Part shown: positions 24,100-35,814 of the stretch, one piece after another | How positions within the stretch are numbered: the first letter of the stretch is position 1 | Layout of the letters: every line of letters begins with the position of its first letter | Origin: Chlorokybus atmophyticus | Taxonomy: Eukaryota > Plantae > Mesostigma and Chlorokybus algae | Reading direction: 5' to 3' | Assembly (NCBI GenBank): GCA_009103225.1 | Contig: RHPI01000797.1 | Span: 1,162,705 to 1,226,704, forward strand | Length of the DNA stretch: 64,000 nt | The notes under the pieces: generated by a model | Database searches by the model: none | What the model was told of the DNA's origin: nothing | The model's input: only the letters and a program-made list of their open reading frames with translations | Position numbers and translations under genes: made by a program

Positions 24100-24891
24100 A
24101 GCCCGCGGTAATCTATTGATCACCATGGGATCAAATGTACGTGTGTGGTGTTAGGGCCCAAAAAGAGTGGTAAATCCACGTTGCTCACCCAGTTTAAGAA
24201 GTTGGTGGTTGAGCAGGCCAAAGCCTAAAAGGTGTCACGAAATGTCTACTACCTCACCATGAGCTAGGGAGATCGTCTCTCTGGAGCAAATCTATATGCG
24301 AAGTCTAGAAAAATAGCCACGGTGTGGCTAATGCTGCAAACTGCGCATATCTGTTTGGGAAGGAGACAATCTTGTTCTTGAATGCTCGCGTTGCTGATAA
24401 GCATGGCAACCTTGACAACATAAACATGGCGTTTTATAGTGCCTGACGTCATCGAGCTTGAGTATCACCTTGGCTGCAAATGTCGAACGCAGCAACACCA
24501 TCCAAGTGAAGAGTTGAATTAAATGTTATGCTGAGTCAACTTGGCGCGAAGCTAAAGCGCTCGAGCGAGCCTTATTTGGTGTTGATCTTGGACACGGCAA
24601 ACTTGTTCATGAATCAGATCGGTGAAAGTCAGTCTACGTCGTTGCATGCGCTTGAAGTTTCTTGAGGAAGTAACACGGGCAAGCACTAATGAGCTTTTAC
24701 GCGCACACATAGTTTTAGTATTGTCGGATTCTTTTTCGCGTGAATGGCTCCAACAATGTGTACATGCAAAATATATGCCGTGTTGCAAGAGTGGCGATGA
24801 TGTCTTTGATACAATAGTATATGCAAAGCTGGCTTTCAACTATGGGTTGATCCTAGCCTGTAATCTATTGAAACAAAAAGATCACGACTAG
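24100..24891 (+). pseudogene. Decayed P-loop ATPase, resembling the archaeal-ATPase/STAND-like group (ATPase_2-type)
   Basis: Walker A VVLGPKKSGKSTLL (24145-24186), Walker-B-like YLVLILDTANL (24573-24605) and downstream AHIVLVLSDSF. These lie in different frames with several stops. Confidence 0.65.
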
Positions 24892-25059
24892 TTCTCAAAC
24901 CACATCCCTGCATAATACCAGCGGGTCGGGATATCTGCTGTAATTATAAAGGTATATATCATGGTTGCAACCATGTAATGTAACGATTGCTTCATCAACT
25001 TTCTCTTGATGTTTTAACTATAGGACGATTGGGGAGGTGCTTAACTGCAATGCATGTGT

Positions 25060-25827
25060 GTCAACTTGAGCGAGCTCGACCAGCAAAGGTATGGCTCCAG
25101 CCTTACGGATAAAACGCCTGCTCTTTGTATCGCTGGCTGCAACAGTGCCCAGTGCACGTGCAGCCTAGGCGTTGCCATCGTCAGTGTCAGATTGTAATAG
25201 CGCAACCAGCGAGGGTAATACTCTGGCCTCTCGGATCAAGCACCTGCTCTCTGCATCACTACATACGATATTGCTCAGTGCGCGTGCATCTCGGGCCTTG
25301 CCGTTGTCCGTGCCGGATTGCAACAACGCACCAAGCAGCGGTATGGCTCGAGACTCTCGGATCGAAATGCTTGTTCTCAATATCACTGTATGCGGTATTG
25401 CCGCAGTGCATGTGCAGCTTGGGCCTTGCCATTGTCCGTACCGAATGGCAACAGCGCAACCAGTAGGGTTTGGCTCTAGCCTCACGAATCAAGTTCTTTA
25501 TCCTCATACGCGAGATGGGCCAGTGCAAATGCAGCTTGGGTCTTGCCGTCGCCCATACCGAAGTGCAACAGCGCAACCAGTGCAGGCCAACCTCCAATCT
25601 TTTGCATCAACCTCCTGACCTCCACACCCTCCTTACCTGCTCCACTGGCCTCAAAAAGGCATGGTAGTTCTCGTGCCGCACCCGCTTTGCTGCTGAGGGT
25701 GCCGCAGTGGAGTGTCTCAACCAATTGGTTGCTGATATTGCCAGGTGGAGCGTCGACGAGTTGCTCTCCTGAACTGCTCTCAAGGCGTTGCAATATGAAA
25801 GGTGCAATCTTACTGGGGCGCTGTGCA
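25060..25827 (-). pseudogene. Degenerate paralog of the ARM gene (linker end plus about 4-5 decayed ARM units)
   Basis: Clear DNA similarity to 9150-9520, e.g. GTGCCGCAGTGGAGTGT(G/C)TCAACCAATTG and CTGCTCTCAAGGCG; frameshifts and stops throughout. Confidence 0.85.
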
Positions 25828-26621
25828 TTAGGGGGGTTGCACTATCAGGCGAAACAATTCGTGGACAACACTGTTGTATTAAAATGCGTGAATCAAATTT
25901 CAAACAATATTCAAAAAAAGGATGAGTATGCTGGGAAAGCTTGCCTTAATGAGGATGGTCGCGATTTTAAAATCCTTGAAATTTACATATTTTGCCCAAC
26001 TGTTTTTTTTTTTGTAGTAAATGTTTTCCAATCGATCTGACATGTTGGTTGCAAACATGGCCATATAGGCTCATTTACAAGTGTACCGGCATAGCACTTC
26101 TTATGTCATAAGATATTTATCTTGTTTTAGATCAATTTGATCAGGTACAACGTATCGCTTTGGCATGCGCACTGTATGATACAATTTCGGCTTTTTCAAC
26201 ACATTTGGTACATGCTTTAAATCTTTGGTACGTATGATGATTATTGCACAGTTATGATTATACATTAAATCGATATGTGCCACAACGTTTCACATAACTT
26301 AAGCGGCTATCGTTTCATGTACATGGCCTGTTGCTGAGCTTATTGTCACAACTTATGCATACATGTTACATATAATCTCGCTTCAACACATCACTTGGTT
26401 ATATAGCACGATGTGTGTCGTACACCAATGTAGTATTCATGCTCACCGCAAGTCGCCAGCTCGTTTATCGACGCTCCAGATCGCTTCTCGCGATGCGCAA
26501 GTCGTCGATCGGACGGCGCGTCGTGACTTGTGATATTAACGCGCGATATTGATAGCGTGACAGTGACGCATGATGACAGTGACTGTCGTGATAGTGACGC
26601 GTTGTGATAGTGCGTCCCGAA

Positions 26622-27230
26622 TGAATAGATGTCCGCGTGATGAAAAGTCGCTGCAAAATTAAGGCACCCTCCCACCCCTCGCCCATATATCTCGCGGGCG
26701 ATAATGTGCCACGCCATTGATTCGACGGTAGCCGTCGATGGTCATTAAGTTGTTAGGCGTCTTTAGTCAATAGATATCCGCGTGACATAAGTCGCTTAAA
26801 AACAAAGGCACTTTCCCACACCTCGCCCATACATCTCGTTGTCCATATTATGCCACGCCTTACTAAAGACTCGACGATAGCCGTCGATGGTAGTTAAGAT
26901 GTTAGACGTCCTACACAATAGGTTTGCGCATGATTAAAAGACGCTGTAAAAATAAGACACCTTCCCACGCCTCGCCCATAAATCTCGCAGTGGATATTGT
27001 GCCATGCCTTGCCGCATATATGATGGCCGTCGGTAGCAGTTAAGATGTTAGGCGTTTTTGATCAATAAGTTCGCGCGTGATTAAAAGTTGCTGCAACATT
27101 AAGGCACCTTCCATGCCTCGCCCATACATATCATGGTGAATATTGTGCCACACCTTGTCATATATTCTTTGATAGCCGTCGAGGGTGGTAAGGATGTGAG
27201 GCCTGTATAATCAATAGATTTGCGCGGATG
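26622..27230. repeat. Diverged tandem repeat, period 146-149 bp, about 4 units
   Basis: GCCGTCG(A/G) at 26731, 26880, 27026 and 27175. Each unit also has CCTCGCCCATA and TAAG(T/A)TGTTAG-like motifs. Confidence 0.85.
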
Positions 27231-27853
27231 TTGGAGAGAGTGCAGTGGCGCGGGCGGCGGCGGCGGCGGCGGCCTGGGGCCGTGGAGATGAACGGGGGGC
27301 GATAGGCGAGGGTTGAGGGCTCTCCTCCAGAATGGCGGCGACAGCAGGCTTGGCCTGACCAGCCTCCGGTTGCAGGCAATGGTGGTTGCCGGATTTCGGG
27401 CTGCGGACGCCGTTAGATGCGGTCACTACGGCCAGATATGACGGTCTGCGTCTGTAGCAGTAGACTACTAGCCGTTGTGCAGGGCGGTGGCGGCCAGCAA
27501 CGGTGGCGGCGACACTCTAGCTCTTGTGGAGCCGGCGACAGGATGTGGGAGGGGTTGGTTTTCTATAGATGAGCACCATACACTAGCTGAGCGCCTATCT
27601 TGGGCATGCGCGGTGAGGCTGCGTGTGTGTGGTTGTAAGTCTTGGCAGTTGCTTTCTCCTCCGCCTTGAGAATTGAGCTATTGGGGAGCATCATGCATTA
27701 GCTGAGCGCGCCTGTCTTGGGCAAGCGCTGTGAGGCTGCGTGTGATTTCAATCCTTAGCTCAGTTGCTGGTGGTCTTTTTGAAGGTGAGAGTGGGATTTT
27801 TCTGTGTCAATGGTCTAATTCGAACCTTTACCATGTTATAGCGCTGCCAGGGG

Positions 27854-28951
27854 TTGGATAACTTGTCAACGATGGCGGCGACGACTTCCTTGCACATGGG
27901 GCATGGCCCGGCGAAAGGGGTTGCCCTTATGGACACCTCTGAGGGCTTGCCCGCTACAGCTGCTCAGGCTGATTTCAAGCAACCCGTGCAGAAGGCCTGG
28001 ACGCCCAACGATGCAGGACACCCACGTGCCAGGGCGTCCACATCGGCGTTAACCATGGCCAAACCAGGGGTTTCCACAGGAAACCTCCCTCACACAGCTA
28101 AGTTCATTGCTGATATCTCTAAGCATCCTAATGCTCTGACCTCTGCGGTGTTGGAAGACTATCACCTGCGCACATCTATCACCCTCACACAATATGATGC
28201 GTGGGCGCACAAGCTGCGTGCACGTGCTTTGATCTTTTGATTTGCCTTCGCCCCATCAGTGTCATCTGCGAATGCTGTGCGCATAGCATGGCTGGGCTTA
28301 GTGTGCACGGACGGGGATGGGGGTAGCTTGTTGTCGTCTAGCTATTAATTGCCCGGAGGGGAATTTCATTGTGTTTCCTCTTCGGAGGCAGGAGCTGCGC
28401 AAATTCTGTCTTTGTCTAAGGGGGGAAGGCTTCCCACATGTAGCGGTCTGCCTGTTCGTGTGCTTCGCTGGGAGTTGCCGACCGTGAACAAGTTCTGGAT
28501 CTCCTTCCTTGATGCCACGCCCGATCTTGTCCCATTTCTCCACGCAGCTTTGCGCCCATACAGTCAGCTGGGGGAAGCGTTGATGCAGAGCCGCAGCGCA
28601 CCCTGCTTCGACACATAAAATACACGCTTTCGGTTCACTCCTTACGCGGGCAAGAAGCTGCCAGCCAAGATCTCCATCACGGTGCTGGAGGCTAGTGTGC
28701 CCACGACGCGGACAGTGGAGGTGTTCACTCCGCTGTCCCCTCCGACATGTTATCAGTGCCATCAGCCAGGCCACACTCGGAGCACCTGTCCAACTCGCGC
28801 TCCACTTGCTGGACATGCTGCCTTTCGCGAAGGCCCTTTGCGTGCTGCGCGCCCCCCTCCAAGCGCCGCTGTCCTTCCTTCGCCTGCCGCAGCACAGCCT
28901 CGCTCCCCCCCTCTCCTTACGTTCACCTTGCGCCACCGCGGAGGTGGGTGA
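27854..28951 (+). mobile_element. Decayed ORF1/gag-like gene of a non-LTR (LINE-type) or DIRS-like retroelement, followed by P/S/A-rich sequence to about 30400; no RT seen
   Basis: ORFs 27854-28240, 28349-28618 and 28682-28951 are in one frame separated by stops. Zinc knuckle CYQCHQPGHTRSTC at 28748-28789. Confidence 0.65.
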
Positions 28952-31060
28952 GCGCTTGCCCGTAAGCAGCAATTCACAGCCCGCTACCCTCTTATCCCCT
29001 TCGCGGCGAGGCACACGCCTCTCGGAGGCGTCTCGCTCGTCTCCTGCCAACTCCTCTCGCCATACGCCTTCCAGGCAAGCGGAGGCCACACCTGTGAAGG
29101 TAGTAGTGCGCACCCCGTTGAAGCTGAAGTCCCTATCTCGCAAGCTGCACATCTCACGCCCGGCGGGCACTTTCAAGCAAACCTCCAAGCGCACCCAGGC
29201 AAGCAAAACTCAGGCTTCGCTGGCAACGCAAGCACTTCTCAATGGTTGGCTGCAATCTCAGGCTAGAGGGGGCGATGCTGCACCGCTTACGCAACAGCAC
29301 CCTGCACATGTCCCAATGACAGCTTCCCCACCTTCCGGACCTGCTAAGACAGCGGCAATACCCATGTCTCCTGCGTCGCTTTTTGTTTCAGCACCCTCAC
29401 CGTCGGCTCGAGGAACGGCTGCACCTCACACCTCTCCTCTCCAGCTCTCGTCACCCTCTCGGCCCTGGTTTGAGATAATGGAAGTGGAGGAAGCAGGCTG
29501 TACGCTGCATGAGCTGCAGCCTATGCATGCGCCGTCCCCTCGACAACCTCCACCCCCCTCTGCTTTCGCTCAACAAGATTTTGCATCGGTGGTGAGTCAG
29601 CTCTGCCCAGCGCCAGACGACCTTTTCTCTCGTCGGTGCACCGTCTTCATGTCGTGCCCATTATCATGCATGGAGCCTCACGCAATCCAGCACAACACTC
29701 GCTCTTGATGACGGATGTGAGACTATTGTCTGGCCTGCGCGTGGGGCAGGTGGACGCTACTTTGCTGCGCACACGCTCCCCAGAAACAGCGCTGCGGGCT
29801 TGCGCTCGGTGCTTAAAGACTTGTGCTAGCCCCTTGACACGACCACGGAGGAGCTAGAGATGGACTTCGCTCTCTCCAACATGGTTAGTGTGCGTAGCAA
29901 GGGCTCGCGCAAAGCATCGGTGTACTTGTTGTGCAATATGCGGCTAGGAGGTGGTGCTTATGCCCCCTCGCAGCAGCACCAGAAATGGAGCAGCGCGCAA
30001 CATTCGGGGCGTCATGTGTTGGCGTGGCGGGCTTCCTCCAGCTCCCTGGCGCTTCAACTCTGGCGGCTGTTAGAGTTGTGGTGCGCGCAGAGGTTCGTGG
30101 ACACCTCCCGTCGCTGTCTCCATTCTCTCCACTTTCTTCGGCGCAAACGACGGCCTCCACGCCCAGCAATATGGGGAAGCGCCTCTTCTCTGCAGACCCG
30201 AATGCCATGATGGACTCTCCACCTGCCTGCCAGCCCCCTCCCGCTCGTTTGCGAGCCGACCCTTTGAGTAGGTCCAGCTCCGATGCATCCTCCGCTCCCT
30301 CGTCGCTGGTCCTGCGTTGTGCAGCCAGCAGGTGATGATTGGGTGTGGGCAGAATTTCTCCCTCCTCGAACAGCCCCTTCAGCCTTCCTTCCTCATGGTC
30401 GTTGTGGGAAGATGATGGGGAGCCGGATTGGCACTACGCCGCACGCAGTCTTGGAGTGCCCGCACCCTCTTAATGGCATGCATGGGAGGAAGCCACTAGC
30501 ATGCTGTCTGCAGCGCGTCCAGGTGCTGGCAGCGTTTGGGTGTGGTTGGTGCAGTTCCCTCCGACCCAGACACGTCTGAAATTAACACTGGGCTGCACCC
30601 GAATGCTGTCTGACTGGACTTGAGGCTACTGCCGCAGGTGGAGGACGACCCTGCCAGCTTGCTAGATCCCGCCTCTCTTGCAACGTGACAAGCTTTTCGC
30701 CAGCATGCCCGACAGCTGGTCTCTCTGCCGGTGCAGACGCATCGCTGCTGGACGCCCTCCACCACACTAGTGACGGCGGATAGTCAGCGTCGCTGCTGGC
30801 TGTGCTGGGCCTCCCGTAGCAATAGCATGTCTGCAATTCACCCCCTGCGCATTGTTGACATACACACGTTGACAAGCACATGCACATGGGCGACATGCTA
30901 CATCACAACACTACAGCTTGTATTAAGGCAACAAGTTTGCGGGTCTTATACCCGCCAGATTCGTTTTTTTATAAAGGGACACAAATCAAGGGGTGTGTAT
31001 TAAAAACGAGTGGCAGAGTTGCAGCCGTGTACCACCGTGGTTCGTAGGCCGCGATCAGCC

Positions 31061-31197
31061 CTGGTCCGGTCTATCGGACCAGGCCGTCCGGCTCCGGGGC
31101 GGGACCACCGGTGGTCCGGTCACACCGGACCAGTCGCGGCACTGGTACGCCACAGCGTACCAGATGTGGTCTGCGGACCGCGTACAACTGGTACGCG
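31061..31197. repeat. Chain of abutting short hairpins rich in GGWCC/GTAC
   Basis: Stems: CTGGTCCG/CGGACCAG; GGACCACCGGTGGTCC; TGGTCCGGT/ACCGGACCA; CTGGTACGC/GCGTACCAG; CGCGTAC/GTACGCG. Confidence 0.9.
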
Positions 31198-31207
31198 CGT
31201 AAAAACC

Positions 31208-31209
<2 letters not shown>

Positions 31210-31298
<89 letters not shown>
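31210..31298. repeat. (GT)n microsatellite
   Basis: Direct reading. Confidence 0.95.
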
Positions 31299-31299
<1 letters not shown>

Positions 31300-31631
31300 G
31301 CATGTTGGCCGCATGTGTGCGCACATTGCGCGCCTGTGCATTCTGGTGGTTAGCGGTTCTTGAGAAGGCTTTTACGCCTTGCACATTTGTTGCTCCCATA
31401 TCACATGCTGCTGCAGTTGCCAAAGTGCTGACATCGATATTCTGAGATGAAGCGAGCACTGCATACGTGTTACAATGATCCATATTGCCAACAGACTAGT
31501 ATATGTTGTGGACATTGTACACAACATATACTAATATGCATGTTGTGGCCATTGTCGACAACATGCATCAACCCAAATGACTTGTGTACAGACAACGCCA
31601 TGCCACATCAACTGAGCAGCATGTGTATAAC

Positions 31632-34402
31632 TTAAGAAGTTACCTCTTCGTTGTCATTAAAAAGTTGCTCATCCGGGGCCACTGAGTCAGCATTGTCATT
31701 GGTGTCTTGTAATGGTCCTCCAACGAGTTCCGGCGGCAAAAACGCGGCCCCAAGCATCTCACAGTGGTTCATCGACGTTGGCCGATAATTGGGAAAGGGG
31801 TTGACCCAGCCGCGGTCCTCGTGCCGTTTGTATAACAAATGCACATCTTGTACCAGCTACGTATCGTATGTACCGTACTTGATATCATCACCATTACATA
31901 CGCCGCTAGCAACATTATGACGATCCATATAATTGCACACCAAAATCTCAGCAAGCTCAGGAGTTGAGTTGGAGCCTTGCAACATGCGTCGCAACAGGCG
32001 ATGAAACCCTTCCAATGCATTTGTTCCGCGTGCACTTACAAAGCGCGGTGCTGCTCCGGATTTTGCAACATTCCAATAAAGCTCAATTGACAATAAATCT
32101 GCGAAACAGTTGTCATCACGACGGGTACTGCAGGTATGGGATGCATTTGCACACACGAATCACTTACCGCTTAATTTACCATCGCGGACCAGCTGCATTT
32201 GTCTTTCATGCAAATCTTCCAGCTCGGATGTCCAAAATTGCGTTTGAGTGGTTGAGTCAGGCACTGCTGTAAACTTATGAATGGCTGCTAGAATGCGTTG
32301 TTCAAGTAACACCTTTTCGGGTATGCAATGTGGAATGCGCCGTCGCCAGTATTGCTCCGCTAACCCATCCACATGTGGATGTACATAAGCGGCGGACTTT
32401 TTTGCAACCTTAATCAAGTGACGACGGAGAAGGCTTTGCTTATCATAACCTCTCAGAAACATGGCATGCTTTAGCTTAGTTAAGAATTTACCTACACACA
32501 CGACAAATGAATAATTTGTAGATGATATCGCTACTGCTCGTACATGATCTTACCATTGGTTCACGAGTTTAGGCTTACCCTTTAAGGGGTGCGCATCCGG
32601 AATCAATCGTTAATAGCGATCCATAAAATGCCAAGGATTTTCAAGAATACAATCTGTGGAAACATAAAATGCGCGCTGTTGTAACAATTGTTGAGCCGCG
32701 GTATCGCAGTATATCGCTTGCAAACCCTGCACACAATATATTGCTTGTAAATCCTGCACACAGTATGCACGGTTTGCCATATAGCTTGTGTATTAGCACC
32801 TTATATACGCACTTAACTGTCTACAGTTGGCAATGGTCGTTGCGCCACCTTTCGCAGCTCACCAAGTACATCCTCCAATGACGCACTAGGTACAAAATAT
32901 CAAGCCACTACTTGTTTCTTCTCATTGTAAGGAGTCAACAATGCTTCAGCTACTTCCTTCCTACCTTACGTACAAATTTTGTCAACTTAAAGCTATAGTC
33001 GATTGCCAAAATTCTTGCCACAAGCGCCGTCATGCGCGCTTTCCACCAATACAAGCGATTGCGTCCTATGCTTTTATACAACCGCAACAGGTAGTCAACG
33101 CTTTGAACAGATCTGGCCCACATCATTGGGTCGTTGCATGCAGGAAAAGGCGGAGGAGGGCGCATTGCGTGTTGAAAAGGATTGGTCGCTGCAGCATACA
33201 TCAACTCCCACATGTGTGCGTAAACTGTTTCAACAAGTCATTTGTCAGATTGGTTTTGCCGCGGATGTACAATGTTGCACTCGATGATTGCGTAATAGCC
33301 TGAATACTTGCGTGACAAAGTGCGAGTGTGTTTGTCATGGTGAAACTCCTTCAGCATTTGCAAGAAATCGTGAAAACTTGTTCCATGCAGCACGTTGCGC
33401 TGGAGTAACAGTACAACGATCGTTCCATGGCTCCGCGTTCAGTCAAAATAATGTTAAAAGTGTCTACAACACACTTGGTTAGTAGCCTCATGATACGGTC
33501 GTCATGCGACGGTATGGTAAAGCCTCTCTCTCTCTGGCTTGCACCTTCTTATAAGCTGAAAGAGGAGATACATGTTATTGTGTGTTCTCAACCCACCATA
33601 CACATAACATGTCGGGAAAGCAACCATTACCTGAACAACTGGCGCATCTGTAATTGTATGAGTACAACCAAGAAGTTCGTCTTAAACCATAAACTTTGCA
33701 AATGGTAGGTCGCCAACCATCTTGTCCTAGCCATTTCTCGCACTGATAGGTCACACCGTCTTTGACAACCTCGTTGAGACACTTCAGTTTTCTCACCCAT
33801 TTATTGAAGAAAACATGCGGAGCCCAAAACATCACATGTGCATAAATGTCAATATACATACCACAGCAAGACAGCAACCATGTACCCACCTTCACATTTA
33901 ACAAACAGTCCTGAGCGAAAACGGCGCGACGTTGAGCAACGATGAAGACACTTGGCGCGTAACAATAGGGCGCAATTGGCCATTTATCAATGTCCACAGG
34001 TTCTGATAGTTCAAAGTTACTAGCATTTGACTTTTTGCATAAAGGCAAGTGCACATTGCAACCAGCTTGTTTATCGTCCTCCGTAATGGTGTCTTTATTC
34101 TTCACCTGTCCTTTGGCTCACTGACATGTCCAACCCAACTTATGCGCTTTCTCATCCACCTCATCATCGTCAAAATCTGTGCATAGGAGAAAGTCAACAT
34201 GATGTGCACGTATGCATATAGGTTGATGACTGCGTGCTACACATGCATTATGATGTCTGCACGCGTGACCGTTCGTTCGTGCATGCGTTTGCATGTGTGC
34301 GTGCGACTACATGCGTGTGCTAGAGTGCATTGTTCCTAAAACGAAACATACCTGACACATGTGGGGGCGGCGGTGGTGGAGGCGGCGAAGGCGGTGATGG
34401 AG
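31632..34402 (-). mobile_element. Degraded multi-exon DDE-type transposase gene (resembles, from memory, the DUF6729-associated family)
   Basis: Motifs ILAIDYSFKLTK, ILENPWHFMDR, WRRRIPHCIP...QMQLVRDGKLSG and ARGTNALEGFHRLLR; N-terminal Cys-rich YSYNYRCASC; stops and frameshifts present. Confidence 0.7.
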
Positions 34403-34740
34403 CACACGGATTGACGTTCGGGGACCATGCATGGTCCTTCCACGGACCCCGCGGGCCATACATGGTCCGTCCCCGCGGACCATGTATGGCCCGCGGGGTC
34501 CGTACGAGTGTCTGGTCCGCGAGGGACGGACCGTCCATGGTCCTTTTGGGGCTCTAACACCTGGCGCGCAGTCGCGCACAATATATGGTCCGTGCCGCAC
34601 CTTGTATGGTGCGGCACGGACCAGTACTCTACGCTGGTTCCTGATTGCGGACCAGGAGTGGGCCCGCGGCTCAGCGGCCCGGCCGCCGCGCACCGTACAT
34701 GGTCCGTGCCGCACCATGTATGGGGCGGCATGGACCAGCA
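34403..34740 (-). promoter_or_regulatory. GGWCC-dense palindromic region directly upstream of the transposase first exon
   Basis: About 14 GGACC/GGTCC sites; perfect palindrome GGACCATGCATGGTCC (34422-34437); 15-bp-stem hairpin at 34587-34622. Confidence 0.7.
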
Positions 34741-34885
34741 ATGTTGCTGGTTGGCGGCCCTGCAGGGCGCGCTACACGTGTACCATGACTGAAGTATCGT
34801 TATTGCATGTACGAGTACATAGGTACACTGTGTGTATCATCATATTGAAGATGACAGGCCGCACCGACTGTCGCCGCTTACCATA

Positions 34886-34990
34886 AAGTGGACAGTCGCA
34901 AATGGTCGGCGGCTGTCAATGTATATTGACAGCCGGCTGTCCATGTACATTTTAACTTGACAGCCGCCGACCAATTGCGGCTGTCCACTT
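34886..34990. repeat. 34-bp inverted repeat (2 mismatches) with nested smaller palindromes
   Basis: 34886-34919 pairs with 34957-34990; internal GGCTGTCAAT/ATTGACAGCC and GACAGCCGGCTGTC. Confidence 0.9.
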
Positions 34991-35814
34991 GTGGCCTATA
35001 TATGTATAGATGGATATGTGTATACATATAAATATATGTATATATATACACACATATATATATATATACATGCATATGTATATATATGTTGATAGATATA
35101 TGTGTGTGTGTGTGCATGTAGGAGTAGGTTTAAGGTATACAAGCAAAAATTATTGACGTATTGCGGCCGCAATTTGCAGCCGTGCAATTACTTCATATCT
35201 ATTATTTCATGTACATACATTGTTGTAAGTATATTGATGCGCGTACACATGTGCATTAGACCTTTCATATGCAAAATTATATACATCTTAAATAATGTAT
35301 AAGAATATGATTGTACAAAGTGTTATGATTATTGTACAATTATATAGTCTAAAATCATAATTATATCAAATGTACATCCATGCGTTGCGCGTGTTAATTA
35401 CATTATACATAGATCGTTGGTTATTACATTATCATAATGTTCACAACCGTTAACATCATACCATGAATACATATGTTGATGCTGTTCGCATGTTGCATTG
35501 ATAGGCGTAGTTTATGGTATGTTTGGTTTTGATGATTTGTACGAAACGAAAGCGCAAGCAATGTCAGATGTTATGACTTGTAGCCTTACTTGTATAACCT
35601 CATAAATGGCCTATAAAAGCCTCATGCGACCACAAAATCATCGACAGCCCGATAAGGTACACTGGCTGCATTGACAGTCGCAATTTGGCTACTATCGCTA
35701 AGCATTGTCACAATGACAGCCCCTAACAAGTCTACAAATTGTACTGGCGTATTGACAACCGCCGAGTTCGCGGCTACCGGTATGTAGTTTGCCACCGTCC
35801 ATGTAACTGGTACA

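Noticed and set aside
26622-27230. CRISPR-like array
   Set aside because: Whole units are homologous and diverged, with no unique spacers and no cas genes; eukaryotic context.
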